This document shows, piece by piece, positions 48,412-57,859 of a stretch of DNA of 57,859 nucleotides. A program made the translations under genes and the position numbers. The notes below the pieces were generated by a model. The model ran no database searches and was not told the origin of the DNA. It was given only the letters and a program-made list of their open reading frames with translations. Each line of letters begins with the position of its first letter. Position 1 is the stretch's first letter. The DNA lies in contig JAAPAO010000174.1 in NCBI GenBank assembly GCA_013115145.1, positions 1 through 57,859 of the forward strand, in the 5' to 3' direction. This DNA is from Perkinsus chesapeaki ATCC PRA-425. Its lineage: Eukaryota; Protista; Perkinsozoa.

Positions 48412-49869
48412 TTATAACAACCCAACAACGTCTTCAGAATACGAATCAGAAAATTCAGCAAAAGCATCGAATGGTGAGCTACTTACGGACCCTCGCTGCC
48501 TACTAAGAGTAAACCTCTCTTCATAGTGTGGCCGAGCTCTTGTGAAAGATGCTACAGCCTGCATTAGGACAGGCACCACACAGTCACTCCACCTTTGCCG
48601 ATCGCTCTCGCTAAATTCCGACGCCCACAGTTGCGCAATGGATCCATATGGCATGTCCTCAAGCAGGCGACACAGAACGGAGAATGGAGCCCTGTCCCCG
48701 TGTAGCCCAATACTCTCTAGGATCTCCGACCGAGCCTTACTAGGCCGAGTGATATCCACAACCACAACCTGACAGCGATACAGCAGACAGTCTGCCCGAC
48801 CCCTAGCAACTGGTTTAACCAGCCATAATCGGCCAGGCTCTTCCATTGTATGTTTGACTGCCCAACTGAGAGCATCTGGCGGCTTCACTGAGGACAATAC
48901 CAAACACTTAAACTTGTCCTTCACCAGCCTGTAGATGTCTTCAACGTGCTGTGATGTCCAAATGTTAGGATCGGTCTTGTCTCGGATATAGACAAACGTT
49001 TCAAGCCCCTTCAATGCCCTCAGTAATGTCAGGCATGCATCTCGTCCAATACGGCCATGAAGCACCAGAGTAGTGAGCCGTGCCATAATAGGGAAGGTTG
49101 TGACCCGTATGTCGGGATCGCATCTCAAAGTAAATGACCGAAGTCGATATCGGTTTCTTTTCGCCAGTACACCTAGTGCCTTAAGGGTCGTGTCTGCATG
49201 AGATGACCGGAGCGAACGTTTGGGAGGTACGTGACTATGCTTAGGGCAACACACAAACTCGAGCCTGGTGAGGCCAGAGAAGATATAGGACACTTCAAGA
49301 GCAAGGTCCGCCGAGCCTGCCCGCCTAGGATTGAACTTCAAAGTGAGCTCCTCGATAAGTGTTAATCGCTTGAGCCCATCGATGAGTAGCTCGGCGTCCG
49401 AGGTTCGATCAACGTAGTAGTCCAAGTGGATTCTCAATCGACGAACGGTAGTTGGGTCCACGCGAAACAGAGCACTCTGGCTCCAATATGACAAACCGAC
49501 ATTAACGTTGGGAGTTTTGACTCTCCCATTGATAGTTAGCGCTCCGAAGAGATCTCTCGAGCAAAGTGCTATAGCAATAACGTCCTGTTGTGATAGGCAA
49601 TCGCTCACTCTGGTCAGAACACCTGCGGCTTGCAAGCTCATCGATGAAAATAAATCGATTAGATCGGCGAGCGCGAAATGAATGCGTTCGTGCGCAAGTT
49701 GTTTATCCTTTTTCTGTCGTCGTCGTCGCATTGAAGGCTGCCCTTCTATGGAGTCACCTCCAGAGCTGAACCTTATTATATTTGAATCGATCAGCTTGCC
49801 GCGGTCTGTACTAGAGGATGATGCCATCGACGACTTTATCCCTGAGCCCAATATCATGCTGGACGACAT
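48412..49869 (-). CDS. F-box-like / leucine-rich-repeat-like protein, intronless (start uncertain: 49869, 49731 or downstream)
   Basis: AAGVLTRVSDCLSQQDVIAIALCSRDLF resembles an F-box. LxxLxL-type segments follow (LKRLTLIEELTLKF, FSGLTRLEF, RLTTLVLHG, LKGLETFVY). Confidence 0.55.
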   Translation of the reverse strand: MSSSMILGSGIKSSMASSSSTDRGKLIDSNIIRFSSGGDSIEGQPSMRRRRQKKDKQLAHERIHFALADLIDLFSSMSLQAAGVLTRVSDCLSQQDVIAIALCSRDLFGALTINGRVKTPNVNVGLSYWSQSALFRVDPTTVRRLRIHLDYYVDRTSDAELLIDGLKRLTLIEELTLKFNPRRAGSADLALEVSYIFSGLTRLEFVCCPKHSHVPPKRSLRSSHADTTLKALGVLAKRNRYRLRSFTLRCDPDIRVTTFPIMARLTTLVLHGRIGRDACLTLLRALKGLETFVYIRDKTDPNIWTSQHVEDIYRLVKDKFKCLVLSSVKPPDALSWAVKHTMEEPGRLWLVKPVARGRADCLLYRCQVVVVDITRPSKARSEILESIGLHGDRAPFSVLCRLLEDMPYGSIAQLWASEFSESDRQRWSDCVVPVLMQAVASFTRARPHYEERFTLSRQRGSVSSSPFDAFAEFSDSYSEDVVGLL

Positions 49870-50443
49870 GGGGTCGTCGAACTACGTACAAGACGCATTT
49901 AGTTTTCGCGGAACAGCAGCAGCAGCAGACCCTCTCTTCGAGGCCTGGGACTGGACACCTTCAACTGTGTCTAGTTCTTCTTCCTCCTCACAACCTCTGC
50001 TAGATTTCTCGCCTGAGCCAAACTCAATGCCAACTCTACTGCTGAATGAACCGCAGGAGCTGTGCAGCTCCATAATAGATAATGGGACATTGTGGGAACC
50101 ATGCAAAGAAGTCAGTTCCTCACGAAGCCCTCAAAGATCTCGCAAAAGTCGGCATCGGGGTAATGTGCCCCAACTGGGCGAAGCTGGAAGGGCTCAGCTC
50201 AAGTCGGCGATTTCCGCGTCCATCCGAGGCAACACTCGCAGGAAAGCCATATGTCGTGAAATTGGTGTGCTAAAAAGCGCAACTATACGAGAACTTATCC
50301 AAATGGCAAACGCTATTGGATTGGGATATGTGGTCGATGAACTCGTTACAGATTTTGAGCGTTTGAAGGAGCAGAAGAGGATCCTCCGACCGTTAAAACA
50401 AGCTACTCGAAAGCGAGTTACCAAACGCAACCAAGATGTTTGA
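49748..50443 (+). CDS. hypothetical protein: acidic N-terminal region plus one copy of an unassigned 59-aa basic helical domain
   Basis: Intact intronless ORF (alternative ATG at 49682). The domain at 50171-50347 aligns without gaps to two domains in the next gene. Confidence 0.75.
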   Translation: MESPPELNLIIFESISLPRSVLEDDAIDDFIPEPNIMLDDMGSSNYVQDAFSFRGTAAAADPLFEAWDWTPSTVSSSSSSSQPLLDFSPEPNSMPTLLLNEPQELCSSIIDNGTLWEPCKEVSSSRSPQRSRKSRHRGNVPQLGEAGRAQLKSAISASIRGNTRRKAICREIGVLKSATIRELIQMANAIGLGYVVDELVTDFERLKEQKRILRPLKQATRKRVTKRNQDV

Positions 50444-50627
50444 CAATCTATCGTTTTGACTTTGAAGGACATGTGTTAACTTACCTCGCTGAAATCTTAC
50501 CATCATGATGTCCATCTTTACCATGCTAATTCATGTTTATCAGCTAATCATTTAATAAGACCTTGTGTTACTCCCGCCGGAATGTCTATATTCTACATTC
50601 AAGGCGATATAGTTATTATACGAGCAA

Positions 50628-51587
50628 ATGTCATCATCACCATCACATCCCAGCGTCAGTCATCACGGGACAAGTAAAACTGAAAGTTCGCCTAGAGCCG
50701 CTGCTGCTGGTGGTGGTGGCGCCACAAAACCCTCGAATGCAGTTATTGCTGCAGCTACGGAATTACTATCTTCATCATCAGCGTTCGATTCCGTTACCAC
50801 CTCGGGCGGTTCCGCAGCGATGAAGGGCCTCAATAGCTGGCCAGAGGCTATAGAGCCACCGATAGGGTACGAACATATATCATCATCCAAGGAAGATGAT
50901 GATAGAAGTGAAGCAGGGTCGAACAAGAGAAAAAAGATACGTCTTGGCAACGACGGGCGAGCTAAGCTCCGAAGAAAGATATCATCGATTATAAGAGAGT
51001 CTAGAGATGTGAGAAAAGCTCGACAGGAAGTTGGTTTAATCAGATCTGCTACAGTGGGACAATTGGTAGGCATGGCTGATAGGTTGGGACTGAGTGACTA
51101 TGTTGATGAAGTGATAGAAGAGCAAGAACAGTTTAGACTCAACAAACCTAAGGCCTCGAAGAGACCTAGATCGACTCCGCAATGGTATGACCATTCCACC
51201 GGTTCGATGTCGAGTAGCGGCTTCTCCACAAGTGTCGGTAGCTCTCTTAGCTCTGTGGGAGTGACAAGCAGCATTGGTTCAAGCACGACGGGGAGTGGCG
51301 CGGGGCATTTACCATCTACGCGTACTGGCCAACAGCTCCAGTTGGGCAACAAAGGCAGGAGCCTGTTGCGACAAAGGATATCGGCTCTCACACGAGGGAA
51401 TGCCGAGCTCAAGAAAGTGTGCCGCGAAATATCAGTGATCCGATCAGCAACGGTGCAGCAGTTGATAGCCATGGCAGATGCAGTTGGCTTGAATGATTAT
51501 GTAGATCTGTTAGCTGATGATTACAACACTAGTAAAAAAGCAGCGAACCGGAACAGCGTCGAACGGCAAGCAAGTGATGCCGCGTGA
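50628..51587 (+). CDS. hypothetical protein with two copies of the same 59-aa domain separated by a Ser-rich linker
   Basis: Intact 319-aa ORF with domains at 50940-51116 and 51339-51515. NLS-like KRKKIR and KASKRPR flank the first copy. Confidence 0.8.
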   Translation: MSSSPSHPSVSHHGTSKTESSPRAAAAGGGGATKPSNAVIAAATELLSSSSAFDSVTTSGGSAAMKGLNSWPEAIEPPIGYEHISSSKEDDDRSEAGSNKRKKIRLGNDGRAKLRRKISSIIRESRDVRKARQEVGLIRSATVGQLVGMADRLGLSDYVDEVIEEQEQFRLNKPKASKRPRSTPQWYDHSTGSMSSSGFSTSVGSSLSSVGVTSSIGSSTTGSGAGHLPSTRTGQQLQLGNKGRSLLRQRISALTRGNAELKKVCREISVIRSATVQQLIAMADAVGLNDYVDLLADDYNTSKKAANRNSVERQASDAA

Positions 51588-51748
51588 CTTGTAATTAAAT
51601 GGAGATGATCGTACATAAGATATGCTTCTTATAATCTGCTTGAGCAGCATGAAAGTTGTAAGGACGATGACCAAGTTGTGAGGCTCTACGTGTTGTGTTG
51701 CTAAATTTAATAGTTGTAAGCCGGATACTGTGAACCCGTGTTGAACAT

Positions 51749-51781
51749 TATTATCACCTATTAGTATAATAGGTGATAATA
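51749..51781. repeat. perfect 15-bp inverted repeat with a 3-nt loop
   Basis: TATTATCACCTATTA-GTA-TAATAGGTGATAATA, read directly. Confidence 0.95.
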
Positions 51782-51964
51782 TTCAATATCAGTATTGATA
51801 ATGTACCGTTGGATATATTCCTAACGACCCCCAACAATTCTATGTTACTTGCAGATTAGTACTTGTGTACTAGACCCTCCGGGGCTGGTAGTCATATCAA
51901 CGCAAGAACCTTTAGATTTAGACATATATTGCAACGTGACCTTAAAGTGGTGCTGTATAATACA

Positions 51965-51987
51965 AGTGGGACTCCCACTGTGGGAGT
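51965..51987. repeat. two overlapping odd-centred palindromes (three alternating arms)
   Basis: AGTGGGA-C-TCCCACT (51965-51979) and ACTCCCAC-T-GTGGGAGT (51971-51987). Confidence 0.9.
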
Positions 51988-53908
51988 AAAAATTGAACTA
52001 ACAATAATCATTCAATGATCATCACATCCACTTGTACATATGAGTATAAATAGATATAGTATATATGTATATGTATAAATAGATATAAATAACGCTAGTA
52101 TCTTAGCTAAGCTACGCTGACAAACTTCACACAATTGGAAGATACTAGATTAGAGTAATAAGTCAAACGCGCTTGCCACGCTTGCGGTGTATCATACACC
52201 GAGTATGTTATCGTTTAGGTTAGTAATGTTGTACAAAAAAAGGTTTACCAGATAAACTTAACCTGTACCATTGTATATTATTATACCAATTGTTCACTAT
52301 AACGTATCAGCTTGGATTTCCTAATGCACGTACGTTGCCAGCTTGTAAACGGCATTTCATTGCCAACACAAGATTTCCTTCCAAAAAATGTTTGAAATAT
52401 CAACAGCGTGACTCGGGAAGACAGTGTGGGCCTCTCATGGAGCCTATTTCATCGGTAACATGATGGTACGACATGACATCTGATACGGTATCAGTGACTT
52501 CTACATTAACTTCGACGAACAAGTGCACTTGTGCGAGGCCTTAGACGGGTTTAACGTATTTACCTTACATACGGAGCGGAGGATTCACTTGAGAGGATTC
52601 CCGTTAGCAGTGAGAGAGCCTATTTCTGCCCCGGAAAGAACCTTTACCCGATGCATCGTTGAAGCACATTTGTTATCTGTGCTAACACTTTGCATCATTT
52701 AAAATTGTGTAAAAAGCGCAATGGCGAAATGCCTTCCTGCAACAGAAAGAGAAACGTCGGAAAGAAATGTCCGTCGGCCGGAAAAACACGAGCAGTGAGC
52801 ATTCACCGCGGCCCTCCCTATAAAGCGTGATGGCGCTTCTTGGGATTTACCGGCTACATCTTTCTTCATTGAAAATTCTGCTTGGAATTCGGGACCTTTT
52901 AATAATGTTATTAGACGTTATACTGACATAAGTATACACGCAATGATAGAATAATGATGTCACCATGGAAAAATAGCCAAACAAGACATACCTAATTTCA
53001 TCAAACTCATGATTTTCGTAAGGGAGGTATGTACCTCAAGTTGGAAAAGTCGGATAATAATAACTCTTGTGGTAGTGTATAAGGTACCTATCCCTCAAAG
53101 CCTCATTAAGCCTTCTTCCATAGCATTTCAGCAATATATCAAGAACGCACAAGTTGCATCCTCACGTGGTAAGACTGGCTAGGTATGAGAAGACTAACAG
53201 TTAACCATCGTATATCTAGTGAATTTTGAAGGGCGCCCCGTCCGCTGCGACAGGTGGGATACCACCGTGGTCTACGGCCTGTAGACGATGAAGGCCATTA
53301 CAGATAACGCGCATTTCAGAGTCGCGGTAAGTTGGGAAGTTGCAAACCAAGTTCAAGGAAGTGTTTTCGGCCATCATTTTGGCTACAGGTATTTTTGGCT
53401 TAGGAATGCTGAGATAACGACATTACCGTAACGTGAGCCGCAAACTTCGCATGACGTGTTCAACATATTGTGTTGTCTACCGCGGAAATAGCCCAAAGAT
53501 AAGGCTTTCGATAACTCTGTCAATGAGATATGATTGAGAAAAGAAGTGGTCGCGATTCGCTATTGTCGATGTGACCCGTGAAGCTGGGGATTCATTCGTT
53601 GGGATTACAAAGTGTTACTAACAGGGCTCCCAACACACAAGCAACGCCATGGGCTCGACGGGACTCCCGTTGTATCACATCTCGAGCCCAGATGATCTCT
53701 TCCGTGATCGACTCGGATAATTGAATGCGGATCGGATAACTTAATGATTTTCCGGATATTTGATGCGCGCCCGTCGGATCTAGGAGTTGCGAGTCGGAAA
53801 CATGACCGGGAAATGCTGTAGTTCGGGGGTGCTTGCGCACAGGGTTTTTCATAAGCTTGTGACATTGTTTGGACTGTCTATTTGCTGTCACCGTGACACG
53901 AAAAAGCA

Positions 53909-54703
53909 ATGAACAACCACACCGTGATTCGCGGTTACAAGCTGACAGCGAGAATGTTTATATCGCTCATCTTTATCGCTGGTACTCACTATATTGCATT
54001 TGGGCAGAAGTCTACCCCTGAGGGATATTATACTGCTGATATTGGTGATCACAAAAACGAGTTACGTCTCGACAAAAACAACCTCCATATGCGACTACGA
54101 GCTCAGTACGTCGGACTAATGGCTTCCATGGTTTATACATATGATGAGGCGACGGGCTCAATCAACATTGATCTCGACTATCTCAAGACTTATGCAAGAG
54201 CGTTCCCCTACGTTGATTTTCGTTGGAGCTTGAGGTATAACAGCAGCATTAAGACGATCGATCTCATCGCACTGGATGGCGTCGACGACTACGTCTCTTT
54301 CAAGAACGTGGAGACTAGACGTTTAGGAAACCGTATCCCTGCGCCGAAGACTACACCACTACCGACCAACGCTGGACCTTGCCTTTTTGAAGGTTATGGA
54401 AGCCTTTGGTTGCAATGGAGCAGCTTTTATGGTTACTTGGAAAACTATTATGGTCTTGTCTTATCTTTTCATGGACTGAACTATATGTCGGAGCGGGTAA
54501 TCCCAGGCCCTGAGGATAAAGTGGATCCCTATATGGACATCACTCTAGCCTTACCTAGTCCTGCTGAATATCCATATGTTGGTTTCGGCTTTAAATGCCA
54601 ATACCACCCGAGTATCTCCGCACTCGTGTTCAGCGCATCGTGGACTGGTGACGCAGGATATCACCATGTGTTCCAAGGCAAACATTGCCCTCCGCCCCTG
54701 TAA
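53909..54703 (+). CDS. hypothetical, probably secreted, beta-rich protein; intronless
   Basis: 264-aa ORF. The hydrophobic MFISLIFIAGTHYIAFG segment is followed by PEGYY and an aromatic-rich body. No known family recognised. Confidence 0.5.
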   Translation: MNNHTVIRGYKLTARMFISLIFIAGTHYIAFGQKSTPEGYYTADIGDHKNELRLDKNNLHMRLRAQYVGLMASMVYTYDEATGSINIDLDYLKTYARAFPYVDFRWSLRYNSSIKTIDLIALDGVDDYVSFKNVETRRLGNRIPAPKTTPLPTNAGPCLFEGYGSLWLQWSSFYGYLENYYGLVLSFHGLNYMSERVIPGPEDKVDPYMDITLALPSPAEYPYVGFGFKCQYHPSISALVFSASWTGDAGYHHVFQGKHCPPPL

Positions 54704-54986
54704 TGGCTCCCTATCAGATGTATCTGAAATGTCTATTGTCCGCGTCGTATCTACACTGCCTAGACTAATCGAAGTTAGATACTGTACGCCATTCCCTCTA
54801 AGTTTTATTTCCCCGTAGACTCGTAATGTTAAGTAGGGTTTAGGAAGTGATATATCAGATATAATATGGTAAAGTGTTGTTGACGCCCCTCAATGAGGAG
54901 CTATAAGTATGGATGATCTTGCCGGGCTCTTCTTTATGTAGTCTCAGAAATGATCGCACTCGCACTCTATGTGCCTGCGTGTTGTC

Positions 54987-55040
54987 GGAGCGCACACGTG
55001 CTTTTGCTCACTTGGAGCGCACGCGTGCTTTTGCTCACTT
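54987..55040. repeat. 27-bp tandem duplication (2 copies, 1 mismatch)
   Basis: GGAGCGCACACGTGCTTTTGCTCACTT followed by GGAGCGCACGCGTGCTTTTGCTCACTT. Confidence 0.95.
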
Positions 55041-55566
55041 TGTTGTTCATCGTCATAAGCTGTAGCAAGGCCCCGGATAGCTAGTCGTGGCGGTGGTTGC
55101 TCTCTTACTATCTTATGGAAGTGATTGTGGTCCTATTAGTCGCTACCTAACAGGAACATAATTTTTACCGTAGATAGATTTTTTCCGTCTAAAGACGTAT
55201 TATGTCTCGTGGCTGCGCTCGCCGGAGACGCGTAGTGATCTACACAATCTAACGCAGATGGCTTCTAAGTTCTATCAATATGGAGATCCGTCCTGAGAGC
55301 CGGTTTCACTAGCCGTCCTAGCAATGACGCTCATACACTGTGTCGGGGTTCTCGTTGAACTGCTTGGTTTTCGAAATTACCGTCAATAGTTCATTCGTTA
55401 AATTGATACCGTCAGGTGTTTTTAACATAGTTGCTCCGAGCTATACAGTGAATCCGTTTTACTCTACAGTGTTGGTACACTCATTAATCTTCCAGATTAT
55501 TCCGATATATCCTTGTTGTGTTGCACGGTATGTATGAGGAAGGACAAATCAATATCGCGGTGAATC

Positions 55567-56714
55567 ATGCCGAGAACGCAGCGTTTCAAACGCCCATTTC
55601 TCGGGAAGACTTCACCGAATTCGTTCCTTTTTCCGGGGCGAAGAGCCCGAGAAATCGAACTCGGAATTCTTCAGTGGGATTTTCGATGCCATAAGTTACG
55701 TATATGCCTCGTGCTAAGACATACCTTCACCAGGCACTGCCTGACAGGCAGTCCGGTCCAGGCTATATTACTGGCTGGCGAAAATGACTGCGAGGACCTT
55801 GAGGACACTACCAAAGCAAGTGGAAGAGGAAATTGCCAGGGAAAAACATTCCCAGAATATTCTCTTGGATTACATAATTTTCCGCGTGTATTCGGTTACT
55901 CGGTGGATATTGAAATCGATACATCCAGGAGGAAGGTGCTCGAACTCATTACACGACCCACTTCTAATCACGAAGAGCTTCAAAGGTTCAGGCGAGTCTT
56001 TGTCAAAGACTCTTCGATTCGACTTGAGCCTAGACGAATAAAACACGCGCGAGATCCCCCCGCAATGAAGAGACTTTTTGAGACACTCAAAGCTCATCCG
56101 TGAATAGATGCAAGACTTCGTAATCATGATTCGTGATTACTATGAGAACAATGGTCTTGCTATAGATTCCGGGGAGTTTAGTTTCTTCATGAGAAAATTA
56201 ATAGGTGAGAACTTTGTCGGCCTTAACGATGCAGCTGCTGCTAGCCATGAGAGAAATAAATTAAGGGTGAGATTCAAAGCATTAGGCATAAGAGAATTAT
56301 TTCTAGTTTTTTAAATGGAATAAACTGGTGGAACGGTTATTCAAGTTTTTCTTAGGTCGAATGGAGGAGAGCTGCACCTTTGACGTTCTGATCATGGAGC
56401 TGGTGGAATGTATCGAAGACTATTTATGGGAAGGAGAGTCTGAAGATAAGGATGTCATATTAGCAGATGCCACTATGGCTGCAGAATGGGCCTTGGAAAC
56501 CCCCGTTATATATACTGATGCTAGTAGTCGATACTATGTCCCACCTTCACGTCAGTTCTTTGGCGATCTCCAAAGCTCCGAAGATATGCGATGGCTTGAC
56601 GATATTGCAGCATGTTATTTGTTGCACTATCTCAATATGCGGCATATTATATGCCCGCTAGGCCGTGGCGAGATTGGCATGAACTCCGTGAGATTATTGA
56701 GAATATATATATAA
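55567..56714 (+). pseudogene. fragmented hypothetical ORF (three consecutive segments in successive frames)
   Basis: ORFs 55567-56103, 56108-56314 and about 56310-56714 abut with +1 shifts and no usable introns. Removing one T from GTTTTTTAAA (56306-56315) joins ELFLVF to KWNKLVERLF. Confidence 0.45.
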
Positions 56715-57859
56715 TTGATACCGGTGAGGTAGAACAAGTGACAGAGACAAGAGTGAGTTGGTGTACTTGAAATAAGACCAAGGAGCATAAAAAACAGAAG
56801 CAAGAGGCTTGTGTACATTGTTTGGGAGTGCGACTTCTCGCCAGCGGTCACCTTGGTCGCTTCAACCTCGAGGAATTGATGCCTTTCGCCCCGAAAAGCC
56901 GCGGGGAGCCAGCGCAACCAGCGTGGGTGACTTTGATGAACTAACTGATATTAACCGATTCATTGGTAGGTACACCACGACAACGGCTTTGCAAAGATCG
57001 ATCCTACCACGAGAGAAGAAAGCAGGTTATCAGTTACGCATCCGATATGGCAAGGACAATTCCAAGGCTGCCACAGGATTCCAAGGTGCTCGATTGTACA
57101 AATGCTCAACGAGTATCTATGGGAGATCAAACTGCCCGAGGTGAGAAGAGGCGGAGGAGTAGAGCTCAAAGCGGCGCATGGCCTGCTGTAGGTACACGTA
57201 CATCGTCTTTTCAATTGCCTTCATTGAAGATAGTTGTGCTTCTTCGTCTAGCAACTCGGTCAAGAGACTCGAATATCCGACGAAGAATGCCGTCATCCCT
57301 CTCCTAGAGGGATACATTACCGATGATGAGAACGATGTGCAGAATTTCTCCGAGGATGAACGTACGAATTCAAGTCTCATAGACGGCACGGCATTTCCAG
57401 CCACTCCCCCGGTTATATCCACAAGAGATTTGCCTAAAATAATAAGAAATAGCCTGGACAGATATCCATGATAAGAAAAAGTTAAACGATAATTGCTCAA
57501 GGTCAAAAATCGGAAGGTGCATATGAACATTCCAACCTAATGACTACCGACCCTAATCTACAATGATATGATAGAATATTCTATGGCATAAGTTCAACGG
57601 CCTCCCCGTGTGGGACTCATATAGCCCATCGCTTCCCGTACTACTTACGATGCTGTTGTAGAATTCCTGCACTTTCCTTATCAACTTGGTCACTTTCCCA
57701 ATATACTCTGATAACTATACTACGTACTGTCCTACAGATCTCCGTTGAGGACACTAGTTGAGGGGTCACCAGCTCTGAGAAGACAAAGTATGCCGGGTGC
57801 GCACCGCACCCGAAAGACTAATGCCTGAGCACACAATCCCACCACAGCGCACAACGCTA

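Noticed and set aside
51971-52001. Helitron-like 3' end (17-nt palindrome, then CTAA 10 nt later)
   Set aside because: The next base is C rather than the T of an A|T target, and no matching 5' TC end or Rep/helicase was found.
52388-53300. Stop-interrupted coding-like stretches in the long spacer
   Set aside because: No family recognised and several in-frame stops; at most pseudogene debris.
56809-57530. Overlapping ORFs on both strands near the window end
   Set aside because: No consistent splice model or motif, and the coding strand could not be decided.
1-57859. CRISPR arrays, rRNA, transposase/RT/integrase ORFs, C/D-box snoRNAs in larger introns
   Set aside because: Looked for by eye. 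No repeat-spacer arrays, rRNA signatures, RT/DDE motifs or properly spaced C and D boxes were found.

Overview
This is eukaryotic, intron-rich DNA (mostly 40-60 nt GT-AG introns), almost certainly from the alveolate Perkinsus. That call rests on a myzozoan-type PKA regulatory subunit and an exact 17-nt match to the Perkinsus spliced leader (SL) as I recall it. Genes sit largely in same-strand runs. In order: VPS15 (-) with an antisense tRNA-Ala(AGC) inside one intron; PKA regulatory subunit (+); a minus run with an S28 peptidase, a KH protein, a hypothetical gene, COA6, SERINC and a ZIP transporter; a plus run with an aspartyl-protease pseudogene, TRM13 with a long C-terminal extension and a TMF1-like golgin; a TQT-repeat protein (-); SLC35F6 (+); a minus run with a hypothetical gene, a long coiled-coil gene and an F-box/LRR-like gene; a plus run with two genes sharing an unrecognised 59-aa domain, a secreted-type ORF and a fragmented ORF. 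The most notable items are (1) a palindrome-rich 1.3-kb intron carrying a sense-strand SL relic, (2) three gapless copies of an unassigned basic helical domain, head-to-head with an F-box-like gene, (3) a candidate multivalent LC8-binding protein and (4) TRM13 apparently lacking its zinc fingers and carrying THUMP-like repeats. All exon structures were spliced by eye, and all family calls come from remembered motifs, not database searches. I saw no rRNA, CRISPR array or autonomous transposon.
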